Shown piece by piece: positions 49,647-60,191 of a stretch of 64,000 nucleotides of DNA. The notes below the pieces were generated by a model that worked only from the letters and a program-made list of their open reading frames with translations, searched no databases and was not told the DNA's origin. Positions within the stretch are counted from its first letter, which is position 1; each line of letters starts with the position of its first letter. The DNA is from a virus, in IMG/VR virus record IMGVR_UViG_3300001765_000052. One strand, written 5' to 3'. The position numbers and the translations under genes were made by a program.

Positions 49647-50236
49647 TCTGATGCCTCAGTATTTTGGTTAATTTCTGGTAATGTAACTACATTTGGTTGA
49701 TAAGAATTTTCGCTGATATTAGTTGTTTTAATCTCAACATCAGTAACAACATTTGGGTTCATTAAATTCATTTCATTATCTACTAGTTCATTAATTATCC
49801 CTATTTGTTCTAATATATGTGCCATTGTTGGTATTATATTAGCTTCATAAATCTCTAATGCATCTGCATATTCTCCGTGTATATGCAATAATTCAATATG
49901 TTCATCGGGTGTAACTGTACCTCCTAATTTATCAGAATGCTTAGCATATATAGAAGTTAATCTATCGCTATGCTCAGCTATATCTTTTGTAAGGATTGTA
50001 ATATTATTAGCTAAAGCTATAGGGTCATCAAGTTTTTTTACTTTTGTTTCATCTTTAACAAAATCAACTAGATTATCTCTTAAAGTACCCTCTACTTTTG
50101 CAATAGCTTCTACACATTGTACATAATGATTTCTTGCGTCATCCCAAAAATTGTTTGTTGGTCTATTCAATTCTAGTTCTTTTCTATTTTTATCCAACAC
50201 TCTTTTGTGTATTTTTGATAGTGATTTTGCTGCCAT
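49643..50236 (-). CDS. Hypothetical helical protein
   Basis: 197-aa ORF coupled to the next gene. Confidence 0.55.
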   Translation of the reverse strand: MAAKSLSKIHKRVLDKNRKELELNRPTNNFWDDARNHYVQCVEAIAKVEGTLRDNLVDFVKDETKVKKLDDPIALANNITILTKDIAEHSDRLTSIYAKHSDKLGGTVTPDEHIELLHIHGEYADALEIYEANIIPTMAHILEQIGIINELVDNEMNLMNPNVVTDVEIKTTNISENSYQPNVVTLPEINQNTEASE

Positions 50237-50348
50237 GAAATTCCTAAATAAGAATTAATTTTAAATACGGTTTGACAATGATTTGACAAGCCGACGCATA
50301 TTGGTACAAACAATAGTTATATATGTTTTATTTTTAAATGTGAGATTT

Positions 50349-51194
50349 ATGATCTACGATGAATTAAGAAACTATTTGATATATGTTAGCAGTAGTGAAA
50401 CTGTTGATATATTCGATTCAGCTGTTGTTGTGTTTGAAAAATACTGTGTTCCAAATTACATGGATTTATTTGATGGAACAGTTTCAAATAATAATACACA
50501 CGGACCTGAAACAATTTTAGATTGTTTATATAATGATTTACGTTTAATACTTACATCATTATTAACAATACAAGGAGTAGAATTAAAAGAAGATATTATG
50601 GTATCCCAACTAGTGGATATAGTTAATGCTTTATTTGAATTACCATATTACTTTGATAAAATAATAATTAAAGACATTGTGTCTACGGATGAGCCAGATG
50701 AAATTAAATTTTGTCAACTAATTAGCTTATTAACAAGATATAAAACGGAAGAAATTTTATCATTTTTATCTCATATAGATGAAACTTTCATAGATAATTT
50801 TAAACAACAAATTAAACTCATTGAAGATACTTCTACAACAATTGATATTAAAGATCATATTGGAATGTATGCTAAGTACAAAGAACTCGTATTACGTAAA
50901 GAAAATAGTTACTGTGATAAATTTTTTATACGAATTCAAACAATCGGATTACCGTATGAAGATTATATTAATCAGTATATGATAGATAAAAAAGAATATT
51001 TGCACGACTCAAGTGCTGCTTATATTGAAACAGTAGCAAAAGATTTAATGGGTTTAACTATATTGTCAAGTGATGGATTAGGTAACCCGCTAATGACAAT
51101 TAGGAAATATCTAGGTAATATATATACAGATATTAACATATCCACAAAAGTTGATATTGCTGTATCAAAAATACTTTTCAAATTTACTGGATAA
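50349..51194 (+). CDS. Conserved hypothetical protein
   Basis: Long ORF, probable start MIYDEL. Confidence 0.5.
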   Translation: MIYDELRNYLIYVSSSETVDIFDSAVVVFEKYCVPNYMDLFDGTVSNNNTHGPETILDCLYNDLRLILTSLLTIQGVELKEDIMVSQLVDIVNALFELPYYFDKIIIKDIVSTDEPDEIKFCQLISLLTRYKTEEILSFLSHIDETFIDNFKQQIKLIEDTSTTIDIKDHIGMYAKYKELVLRKENSYCDKFFIRIQTIGLPYEDYINQYMIDKKEYLHDSSAAYIETVAKDLMGLTILSSDGLGNPLMTIRKYLGNIYTDINISTKVDIAVSKILFKFTG

Positions 51195-51199
51195 AATAA

Positions 51200-51847
51200 A
51201 TGAGAAAAACTATATTTCAATATGCAGAAGAATCTTTAGAAGAATCACCTAAAGTATTAGAAGAAAACAATAAACCTACAGGTGTAGCTTTTAATGAAAA
51301 AGAGTATGTTTTTTATGCAAGAATGACCGATGATACTATATTAGATAAAGCACAAAGTTTTACAATACAAGAACAATGGGAAATAAAAATACCTAAAAGT
51401 AATGAAAACGCAAAATCAGGCAGAATCCGAATTAGGCGTATTGATGATAAAGGTACAGTGAGTTTTGTATTAACCACAAAAATAAAACTAGATATTGGCG
51501 AACAAGAAGTTGAATTAACAGCTAGTGAAGATGCTTTTAAACAATTCAAACTTTTAGCCAGTAGCGGAATGCATAAGAAAAGATATATATTTCCAATTGA
51601 AAACACTGATCTTAAATGGGAAATTGATGTATTCTTTTTGTCAGATATGAAAATGTCAGATTATGTTAAAATAGATTTAGAGGTAAAAGATAATTTAAAT
51701 AAAATACCGCCATTACCACCAGGGTTTACAGATATTATTTACAATCAAAAAAGTAAATTAACTGAAGCGGAAAAGAAAAAAATTCAGGGTTTATATGATG
51801 CTATTTTTCGAAAGAAGAATGAGTATCTTGAACAGTCGTCAATTTAA
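51200..51847 (+). CDS. CYTH / triphosphate tunnel metalloenzyme domain protein
   Basis: EKE, RIRIR, LTTK, EVE, KKRY, WEIDVF, DLEV motifs in CYTH order. Confidence 0.7.
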   Translation: MRKTIFQYAEESLEESPKVLEENNKPTGVAFNEKEYVFYARMTDDTILDKAQSFTIQEQWEIKIPKSNENAKSGRIRIRRIDDKGTVSFVLTTKIKLDIGEQEVELTASEDAFKQFKLLASSGMHKKRYIFPIENTDLKWEIDVFFLSDMKMSDYVKIDLEVKDNLNKIPPLPPGFTDIIYNQKSKLTEAEKKKIQGLYDAIFRKKNEYLEQSSI

Positions 51848-51868
51848 TTTTTATTGGAGTTTATATAA

Positions 51869-52453
51869 ATGAGTAATCTTATTAGATCTAGAAATCGTCT
51901 ACCATTTGATTTTCAAGATGGATTAAAAGTAGCCGGTGTGGATATTTCGCAATTAATAGCACAACTTATTGAGATTAGTCCTAGCCGAGTGATTCTTAAC
52001 AATACCAATATTGTTAATGGTTTAGGTTATACACCGGTTAATAAAGCTGGTGATACAATGTCAGGTAGTTTGACAATCAATGGCAATCTTATCGCAACTG
52101 GAGATGTAACGGCATATTCAGACGAAAAACTAAAAAATGATTGGAAAAATTTACCCGATGATTTTTTACTAAAACTAAGCAATGTAAAATCAGGTACATA
52201 CAACAGAATAGATACTAATACAAGACAAGCCGGTGTATCTGCTCAAAGTTTAAAAGAAGTGCTACCGGAGTGTGTTGTTGGAAATGATACTTTATCGGTT
52301 TCATATGGTCCGGCGGCATTGGTATCTACTATTGCATTAGCGAAAAAATGTATAGATTTAGAAAATCGATTAATACAAAGTAATAGCAATATGGATATAC
52401 TTTTAGACATGGTTAAGGATATGCATGTCAGGTTAAATGCAATTTCAGATTAA
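51869..52453 (+). CDS. Short tail fibre with peptidase S74 intramolecular chaperone
   Basis: LGYTPVNKAGDTMSG, GDVTAY|SDEKLK autocleavage motif, GVSAQ..VLPE.V, C-terminal coiled coil. Confidence 0.8.
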   Translation: MSNLIRSRNRLPFDFQDGLKVAGVDISQLIAQLIEISPSRVILNNTNIVNGLGYTPVNKAGDTMSGSLTINGNLIATGDVTAYSDEKLKNDWKNLPDDFLLKLSNVKSGTYNRIDTNTRQAGVSAQSLKEVLPECVVGNDTLSVSYGPAALVSTIALAKKCIDLENRLIQSNSNMDILLDMVKDMHVRLNAISD

Positions 52454-52482
52454 TGGGATTAATAAAAAAAAAAGGATAAAAA

Positions 52483-52923
52483 ATGACTCTACAGTATACG
52501 GGACCAATCTCATTAAATGACATTAATGTTGAGTTGGTTCTCAATGGTTTAATACGATTGAGTGGGACTCCATGTAGAGATCTACTCGATGTCCCAATAG
52601 GAACTATATCTTTATCTAATGCATACGGAAAAAGCAGAAGAACATCTACATATAGATTAAATGCAAATGCAAATACTGTAACGGAAAGGGACGTAATAAC
52701 ATTTACTGTTATTACGACCAATGTCCCGAATTATACATTACTACACTGGATGCTTACACCTAACAGTGTAGCAAACAGTGTAGATTTTACAGGTATACCA
52801 ATCGGTGATGTAAGAATAGTGAATAACAGAGCTGTTTTTACTTTATCTTTATTAGAAGATATGCTTACAGAAGGTTTAGAATCTTTTACAATTAGTCTAT
52901 ATGAAATATTAGGTACACCTTAG
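52483..52923 (+). pseudogene. 5' part of right adhesin, truncated by a 13-bp deletion
   Basis: MTLQYTGPISLNDIN..ISLSNAYGKS; cct tag where the paralog has cct tta gct aca tca caa. Confidence 0.7.
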
Positions 52924-52952
52924 TTATCACTATTACAGATAGTAGTACAGCA
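52831..52952 (+). repeat. Right arm of inverted repeat (pairs with 10397-10529)
   Basis: Manual alignment. Confidence 0.9.
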
Positions 52953-55900
52953 GAAGTTCTTGCTCCACCACCACAAGCTACGTATTTAATTACTGCTAGT
53001 GCATCTAGTGTAGATGAGGGTAGTGTAATTGTATTTAGTGTAGTAACAACACATGTAGAAGATGGGACTCTCCTCAATTACACTGCTACTGGTACTATAA
53101 ATTCAAGTGATGTTTCATCAGTTAGTGGAGTAATATCTATAGTAAATAACAAAGCATTATTTAGCATAGATACATTTGCAGATATAACAACTGAGGGTTC
53201 TGAAACATTTATGTTAAAACTATATTTGGGTGGTGAATTAGTAGCCACTACTTCTAATATAGTTATCAACGATACATCTACAAAAATAATTAGCACACTT
53301 CCAACATATTCAGTTGTAGCAAATACATCTAATGTTAATGAAGGTGGCGTTGTTACATTTAGTGTAATTACTGAGAATATATTAAATGGAACTACATTTA
53401 ATTACTTAGTTGTGGGTAATGCAAATAATACAGATCTTACACCTATGTCCGGATCTGTTATTGTGATTAATAACAGGGGTGTATTTAGTGTTGATACATT
53501 GGCAGATAATCTAACTGAAGGTGCAGAAACCTTTATGGTTAAGTTATACATGGGTACTCAATTAGTAGCCACATCAGCTAATGTCACTATTAATGATAGT
53601 AGCTTATCACCTGAATATCTAGGCGCAGTTTACACTGTTATGGCTAGTGTTACAAACGTAGATGAAGGTGGCGTCGTATTGTTTTACGTCGTTACTAGAA
53701 ATATCCCAGATGGCACTGTTTTCAACTATGGTGTATCAGGTAGTTTTCAAGATGTGGATCTATCGCCCACTGCAGGTGTAATTACAGTTAACAATAATCG
53801 CGGTGTGTTTAGTGTTGACACAAATGTAGATTATTTAGCAGGTCTGAAAATATTCATGGCTAAATTGTATTTAGGTGGTGAATTAGTAGCAGGATCAGCA
53901 AATGTTAATATTATCCAACAGCCAGTCCCGACAGCAGCACCTACTGATGAACCTACTGAAGCACCCGCTAAGAATTATGGAATTAGAGCTAATGTCACAA
54001 GTGTCAATGAAGGGCAAAATGTTATTTTCTATGTGACTACAAAATATGTTACAGATGATACAGTCCTACATTACGATTTAACTGGAACAATAGATAACTT
54101 AGATGTATCAATTACAGCTGGTGACGTAACTATAATTAATAATAAAGGTTTATTTACAGTAGCAATAATTTTAGATCTTAAGACAGAGGGTTTGGAATCA
54201 TTTATAGGTAACCTATACGTAGATAATGCACTCGTTGCAGCAACAGCTAATATTACAATTAATGATAATAGTGTAACATATACAGATCCTCCTACTGATG
54301 CACCTACTGATGCACCTACTGATGCACCTACTGATACACCTTATTATTTAATAGATTGTAATAACGCAGTACAAGAGGGTTCACAATTAACCGTAACATT
54401 TACGACTAATGTAAATGATCCAACAGCAGTTTACATGTGGGAAATAGTACCAAGTAATGGCTTATCTCCATTAGATTTAAATAAATCGACTGGGCAAGTA
54501 TTATTTTCGTCTGGCCAATTTATTACAAACATAGGTGCTACAGCTGACGATGGTGTTGATCCAGATGAAACATTTATAATTTCATTAAAGAAGAATGGCA
54601 TTATTATTATTACTAGTAGTGTGATTACAGTAACAGAGAAAACAGTGAATAAAGTAGTTACTAAATTAACTATTGATCCAACAAATGATATAAATGAAGG
54701 TGAAAGCTTTACTTGTAATGCAGAAACTACTGGTTATGCAGATGGTACTACGTTGTCTTGGAATATTACATATGGAGGCGAGTTTGTTGATGGTGCTAAG
54801 ACCGGGGATGAAACTATAAATAATAACGCAGCTTCATGGACTATACAAACAAAGAGCGATGATATTACTTCTGGTAAAAAACAAATATCTATAAAATGCG
54901 GTACTATTACTACAAAAACATATGTCTTATATACAACTCCAGTAGTTGTACCTACTGTAATAGATCTAATTATTAGACCTACATCAATATCAGAAGGCGG
55001 TAGAGTTACATGTGAAGCAACAACCATTGGTTATGTTAATGGTTCTAAATTAAGTTGGACAATATCAGGCGATACAAGTTTTATTGCAGCAGGATATAGT
55101 AGTGGTAATGAAAATGTATATAATGATTCAGCAACATGGGAGATTGAAGCAACAACCGATACTACTACGAGTGGAACTAAATCGGTCACAGTGAATGCTG
55201 GTGGTATTACAAATGGTTCTTCGGCATCTTTTTCTATTCAATATACCGCAACTGCTCCGCCTCCAGATGCACCACAGTGGGAACTAACTCCAAACGATAC
55301 AGTTATAGATGAAGGCGGTACAGCTAATTACGTATTCAAAACAAAAACAGGATCAAGTTCAGGTGCTGGTGTTGGTTATTCATGGCTTCTTACAGGTCAA
55401 ACTAGTTCTGGAAATAGTACAGATATATTTGGTAGTTCTTTTGGCACTAATCTTACTTACACAGGATCAAATGCTATTATTTCTATAAAAGCTACCGAAG
55501 ACATGAAAACGGAAAGTCAGGAAACATTTATATTAACCGTTACACCAGCTATAGGTAATGTATGTCAAGCAGGTCTTATTATTACAGATACTAGTACAGC
55601 AGCACCACCAAGTCCAACAGTACCACAATGGACATTAACGCCAGATAATGTTGATATAAATGAAGGTCAAAGTGCTGTATTTACACTCTCTACTAGTGCA
55701 GGATCCGGCTCAGGTGAAGGTGTACAATATACTATTGAACTTAGTGGCGTATCAAATACTTCTGATTTAGATGGTTCGATTGTAACTATGAAAAACTACT
55801 CCGGCCCATCAGATACAATTACAATACCGATTAAAGCAGATATGTTAACAGAGGGCAATGAATATTTTATGCTCACCGTTAGACCCGCAGTAGGTAATAC

Positions 55901-58109
55901 AGTCACATCTTCAATCAATATCAAAGATACCAGTACAGCAGCACCAGCAGCACTTACTTGGTCACTAACTCCATCTCAATCATCTGTAGACGAAGGTTCA
56001 GATGCAGCATTTCAATTTGGAAAAATATCAGGAGATAGCACTGGTGTAACTTACACATGGGCTGTTACTGGTGTAAGTGCTAGTGATATCACAAACGGAT
56101 TATTAGCATCGAGTACACCTATAACGTTTACTAATAACGTTGTTATTATAATACCAATCAAATCGGATGTTACAACTGAAGGTGCTGAAACGTTAACCCT
56201 AACTGTTACTCCATCTAGAGGTAATCCGGTATCAGCATCGGTTACAATTAATGATACTAGTAGAAGCAGCGGAACTCCCCCACCATCATACACTGAAACT
56301 TTAATTTTAACTCAAGCATTGACTAAAACTAGCGCAGTAACAACTGATAAGGTAGGAATTATATTAACAATAAATGGACAGATAGATTCTAATACAGGGT
56401 TAACTACTTCAAGTAGTCGGTGGTATCGACTACTTGTTAAAAACACAGCTAAATTTGGCAGTCCAATAGTTGATGATTGGGCAATCTCATTGGCCAATGG
56501 TATACAATATACATCCTATCCGCCTTATAGTTTTAGTATCAATGACGCTACAGCTACAAATGGTGGGCCAGGTCGATATTCTATTGAAATAAGAAAAGCA
56601 GCACCAACTGGGACATTAGGTGACCAAGTCGGAATTACCCAATACCTCGATGTTTCAGCTGGTGCAGAAACAGCTGTGCTTACAATATCAGGTCCTTCAA
56701 CAGTTACAGCCGGAAATCAAATTACATTCAAAGGAAGATCTACAAAAACAATGTCCGCTAGATGGGGGATATCCTACGTGACAGTTGGAGGTGGTAATTC
56801 TATATTTACACCTAACGAGGGTACCATATCACTTGTAGCAGGTGTAGATCAAACGTTTTCATCGACATTGTCCAGTAGTGCCGGTAATGGAATTGCTTGT
56901 AATGGTACATTGGAATCTGCCGATGCTAATATAACAGCTACTAAGGTATACACACCCTTCACAACTGTAGCTAGTGGTGGTGGTACAATTACATATAACA
57001 TTCAAGTATCTTCAACGAATATTGCAGAAGGCGAACCATTAACTATTGTAGTAACATCTAATGATACTAGTGGTTCTGCATATGGAGCATACGCTATGCC
57101 GGTGAGTAGTAATATAACAATGGAAGATTTTGGGACTAGTCCAACTACACCATTTTCATCACCTATTGGTACATATAAAACTCTCGTTAATGGAAGTATT
57201 ACTGATACTATTTATATAGTTAAAGACAATAAAACCGAAGGTCCAGAGTCATTTGTGATAGCTCTTATAAAACAAGGATCAGCGACTGTACTCAAAACTA
57301 GTGACACAATTACTATCAGAGATACTAGTCTAGATACCCCTGTTAATAATACATATGAAATATTAGTAAACAACAGTACTTCTGATATAACTGTCGATGA
57401 ATTAGACGTTGCAAATATAACAATTAAAGTAAATAGTAATGATACAACTGGTCGATCATTTGGGATAGGTGTATACAATGTTGTTGGTAATGTAACTGTC
57501 AATGATTTATTACTGCCAGGTGCTGGCACTGGTAGTCAATTTAGTGGCGGTAGCTTTACATGTACAATAGGTATTAGAGCAGACGCGGTCACTGAACCCG
57601 CTGTTGAATCGTTCAGGCCATGTATCTACCTTATGAGTAACCCTAGTGTTAATATGACTTTAGTTCGAACTGCACCTAAAATCACTATTAATGATACTAG
57701 TAAATCAGCTGGGTTAGGTACTTTTACAGTAGGTTTAAATGGATCTAGTAGTAATACAGTGACTGTAGATGCAGATATGAATTTTGTATTGGATATATAC
57801 CCATCTGGCCACACTCCCGGTAGTGTAATTCAAATAGTAATGGCTAACTCTACTTTAGGTTATACTCATGACTTAGAAGTACGTACTGGTGCAGACAGAG
57901 CTTTAGGTAACGGTGGTGTTACTGTATTCAATGTTACATTGGGAAGTGGAACACATCAAACTGTTACTCTATATGCAAGTGGAACTGGAGCTGCAGGGTT
58001 TAATGGATTCACATTTAAATTACAACTGCAGAATCCTTCTAACGGAGCGGCTCTGGCAACATCAAATTGGGTAATTGTAAATCCACCTAACGGTAATAGT
58101 GGCGTTTAA
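52923..58109 (+). CDS. Right giant Ig/Calx-beta-like repeat adhesin, main body
   Basis: The 1632-aa ORF frame is open 96 further codons upstream; many EG..F...D..TEG.E.F..I.DTS units with P/T linkers. Confidence 0.75.
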   Translation, partial: VITITDSSTAEVLAPPPQATYLITASASSVDEGSVIVFSVVTTHVEDGTLLNYTATGTINSSDVSSVSGVISIVNNKALFSIDTFADITTEGSETFMLKLYLGGELVATTSNIVINDTSTKIISTLPTYSVVANTSNVNEGGVVTFSVITENILNGTTFNYLVVGNANNTDLTPMSGSVIVINNRGVFSVDTLADNLTEGAETFMVKLYMGTQLVATSANVTINDSSLSPEYLGAVYTVMASVTNVDEGGVVLFYVVTRNIPDGTVFNYGVSGSFQDVDLSPTAGVITVNNNRGVFSVDTNVDYLAGLKIFMAKLYLGGELVAGSANVNIIQQPVPTAAPTDEPTEAPAKNYGIRANVTSVNEGQNVIFYVTTKYVTDDTVLHYDLTGTIDNLDVSITAGDVTIINNKGLFTVAIILDLKTEGLESFIGNLYVDNALVAATANITINDNSVTYTDPPTDAPTDAPTDAPTDTPYYLIDCNNAVQEGSQLTVTFTTNVNDPTAVYMWEIVPSNGLSPLDLNKSTGQVLFSSGQFITNIGATADDGVDPDETFIISLKKNGIIIITSSVITVTEKTVNKVVTKLTIDPTNDINEGESFTCNAETTGYADGTTLSWNITYGGEFVDGAKTGDETINNNAASWTIQTKSDDITSGKKQISIKCGTITTKTYVLYTTPVVVPTVIDLIIRPTSISEGGRVTCEATTIGYVNGSKLSWTISGDTSFIAAGYSSGNENVYNDSATWEIEATTDTTTSGTKSVTVNAGGITNGSSASFSIQYTATAPPPDAPQWELTPNDTVIDEGGTANYVFKTKTGSSSGAGVGYSWLLTGQTSSGNSTDIFGSSFGTNLTYTGSNAIISIKATEDMKTESQETFILTVTPAIGNVCQAGLIITDTSTAAPPSPTVPQWTLTPDNVDINEGQSAVFTLSTSAGSGSGEGVQYTIELSGVSNTSDLDGSIVTMKNYSGPSDTITIPIKADMLTEGNEYFMLTVRPAVGNTVTSSINIKDTSTAAPAALTWSLTPSQSSVDEGSDAAFQFGKISGDSTGVTYTWAVTGVSASDITNGLLASSTPITFTNNVVIIIPIKSDVTTEGAETLTLTVTPSRGNPVSASVTINDTSRSSGTPPPSYTETLILTQALTKTSAVTTDKVGIILTINGQIDSNTGLTTSSSRWYRLLVKNTAKFGSPIVDDWAISLANGIQYTSYPPYSFSINDATATNGGPGRYSIEIRKAAPTGTLGDQVGITQYLDVSAGAETAVLTISGPSTVTAGNQITFKGRSTKTMSARWGISYVTVGGGNSIFTPNEGTISLVAGVDQTFSSTLSSSAGNGIACNGTLESADANITATKVYTPFTTVASGGGTITYNIQVSSTNIAEGEPLTIVVTSNDTSGSAYGAYAMPVSSNITMEDFGTSPTTPFSSPIGTYKTLVNGSITDTIYIVKDNKTEGPESFVIALIKQGSATVLKTSDTITIRDTSLDTPVNNTYEILVNNSTSDITVDELDVANITIKVNSNDTTGRSFGIGVYNVVGNVTVNDLLLPGAGTGSQFSGGSFTCTIGIRADAVTEPAVESFRPCIYLMSNPSVNMTLVRTAPKITINDTSKSAGLGTFTVGLNGSSSNTVTVDADMNFVLDIYPSGHTPGSVIQIVMANSTLGYTHDLEVRTGADRALGNGGVTVFNVTLGSGTHQTVTLYASGTGAAGFNGFTFKLQLQNPSNGAALATSNWVIVNPPNGNSGV

Positions 58110-58131
58110 AACTAAATAGAAAGATTTTTTT

Positions 58132-58719
58132 ATGAAATATAAATTCACATGGGAAATAAAAGAAATAAACCAAACATTGGGTAATTTCTTTGTAGAATAT
58201 ACTCGACTCGATACAAATAAAAAATATTTGCGAGAGTTAGCAATACCGCCGAGTAATGTAATACTTCAGACATATATTGAAAATAGCTCAATTATTCATA
58301 TGTGGGATATGGAAGTGATTCCAATTCTAGATGAGAGTAATATTGGTTTAACAGGAAACAATACAATCTTTTCTAACCTCAGTATTGCTAAAGAATCTAA
58401 GAAATTAGATATTGCTAGATTGCGTTACAATAAAGAAATTGGCGGGATAGAATTAAATGGCTCTGGTATTTCGACTACACGCGAGTCGCAATCACTAATT
58501 AATTCAGCATTCACTAGTTTAGCAAATAATATTTTAACTGAAGTTGACTTTAAAACTACATCAGGGAAATTTGTTAAATTAGGGTTACCTGAAATAACAG
58601 TTATCGCCACAGCTGTTGCTTCACATGTTCAGTCATGTTTTACACAAGAGAAAACACTTAATGAGCAGGTGGACAATGCTACCACAACTGAAGAGTTAGA
58701 TTTAATTATTTTTCAATAA
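58132..58719 (+). CDS. DUF4376-like tail accessory protein
   Basis: RY.KE.GGI..G..I.T.RESQ, FKT..G.F..L, HVQSCF..E. Confidence 0.65.
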   Translation: MKYKFTWEIKEINQTLGNFFVEYTRLDTNKKYLRELAIPPSNVILQTYIENSSIIHMWDMEVIPILDESNIGLTGNNTIFSNLSIAKESKKLDIARLRYNKEIGGIELNGSGISTTRESQSLINSAFTSLANNILTEVDFKTTSGKFVKLGLPEITVIATAVASHVQSCFTQEKTLNEQVDNATTTEELDLIIFQ

Positions 58720-58732
58720 GTAAGTTTTAATC

Positions 58733-58773
58733 ATAAATACACCACTAGATTAAAACTCTAGTGGTGTATTTAT
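58733..58773. terminator. Intergenic hairpin
   Basis: ataaatacaccactaga / tctagtggtgtatttat. Confidence 0.6.
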
Positions 58774-58827
58774 ATTAATATTTATATTACACTTGTTATG
58801 ATGAAGATTAATAAAGGGTTTAAATTT

Positions 58828-59397
58828 ATGCTAGAATTACCAAACGATTCTATAAATACAGTTAATATAATTGGTATTGATCCTGGTACAGTACACTTAG
58901 GTGTCTCTGTTATATCAATAGACGCGGAAACAAGAGAAATCAGTGGCAGTATTGCTTTTACTATAGATGCGTCTAAGTTAAATAAAAATAGTAGTTGGTT
59001 AATTGATACATATGGAGATAGATTTTCTAGAATAGACTTTTTAACAACTGAGTTATTAGATATATTTATATCGTATAATCCATTAATTATTTGTGCCGAA
59101 TCTCCATTTTTTGGACTCCGTCATCCTAGTGCATTTCAAGCATTGACGGAAGTAATATGTGCAATTAGAAATACGGTGTATAAATTCGATCCGTGGAGAA
59201 CATTAAGATTAGTTTCACCATCAGAAGTTAAGCAAGCAGTTTTTGCAAAAGGTAATGCAACTAAGATAACAGTGAAAGATAGTATACGTGAATTATTAAC
59301 AGAACTTAAATATACAGGAAATATACCATTTGATTCATTAGATGAACATAGCATCGATGCATTAGCTATAGGGTACTATGTTTATAAAAACCTATAG
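58828..59397 (+). CDS. ruvC: RuvC-like Holliday junction resolvase
   Basis: IGIDPGT..LG, AESPF, PSEVKQAV..GNATK, HSIDALAIG. Confidence 0.88.
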   Translation: MLELPNDSINTVNIIGIDPGTVHLGVSVISIDAETREISGSIAFTIDASKLNKNSSWLIDTYGDRFSRIDFLTTELLDIFISYNPLIICAESPFFGLRHPSAFQALTEVICAIRNTVYKFDPWRTLRLVSPSEVKQAVFAKGNATKITVKDSIRELLTELKYTGNIPFDSLDEHSIDALAIGYYVYKNL

Positions 59398-59444
59398 CTA
59401 GTGATAATATGTGCATTTAAAGTTTTTATTCAAAAGGTATTAAT

Positions 59445-59879
59445 ATGTTTTTCTTATCTAGGTTATTTTTTACTCTAAACAAAATAAAAGGGTTTTTATT
59501 TATTCTAATTTCGTGTCTTCTTGTTTATTTTGCATACTCATATATAACTAACTATATTAATCAATCCAACTTAAACAAAATAGAAGTTAGTAAAAAAGAA
59601 GATAAAATAAATAACTTAGAAAAAGAACTTAATAAGAATAGTGCATCAGGTATAGTTAGTATTAATGCAGTTACTGAAAATGCACGAGAAAAAATAATTT
59701 ATAAGGATAAAATTATAGAAAAAAAAGTATATGTCAAGGAAAAATTAAATTATATAAACCAATCAAATATTACTAACGATGAAAAAATAAATCAAAAGAG
59801 CGCTGTATATATAGATAATTTATATGCAACGTATTGTTCCACAGATGTAGATGCTTGTAACGAAACAAAAGGAAGTTAA
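59445..59879 (+). CDS. Inner-membrane spanin (Rz-like)
   Basis: N-terminal TM helix, coiled coil, C-terminal Cys pair; precedes a lipoprotein. Confidence 0.65.
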   Translation: MFFLSRLFFTLNKIKGFLFILISCLLVYFAYSYITNYINQSNLNKIEVSKKEDKINNLEKELNKNSASGIVSINAVTENAREKIIYKDKIIEKKVYVKEKLNYINQSNITNDEKINQKSAVYIDNLYATYCSTDVDACNETKGS

Positions 59880-60191
59880 ATGAAATATCTTTTAATTATT
59901 TTAAGTTGTGTTTTTATGCTTGGATGCGCAACTAAAGAAGTAGTCAAAATACAATATGCTGATAAATATGTTTATGTGGAACCACCAGAAGCATTAATGG
60001 TAAATTGTCAAGTAGATAAACCACCCAGTAAGGAAAAATATTTAGCAGTACCTGTTGAAGAAAGAGAAAGAATGCTGTACGAATATTCAAATATACTATT
60101 GATGAGTCTAGGCATTTGTAATATACAATTTAAAGAACTGCGTGCATGGAATCTTAAACAGAAAAAAATTTATTCGCCGGATAAACCATGA
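59880..60191 (+). CDS. Outer-membrane spanin (Rz1-like) lipoprotein
   Basis: Signal peptide with MLGC lipobox; PP..L...C...PP and LGICN. Confidence 0.75.
   Translation: MKYLLIILSCVFMLGCATKEVVKIQYADKYVYVEPPEALMVNCQVDKPPSKEKYLAVPVEERERMLYEYSNILLMSLGICNIQFKELRAWNLKQKKIYSPDKP

Noticed and set aside
52915-52926. Programmed frameshift at CCT TAG in the right adhesin
   Set aside because: The needed -1 shift gives no tRNA re-pairing, and the paralog shows a 13-bp deletion here
52921-52990. TAG readthrough or alternative genetic code explaining the split adhesins
   Set aside because: The frame after TAG is not adhesin-like and soon stops; the continuation is in another frame, and core genes are intact in code 11
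54290-54337. 12-bp tandem repeats (PTDA; also PTLP near 9020-9060) as phase-variation switches
   Set aside because: Unit lengths are multiples of three, so they alter linker length only
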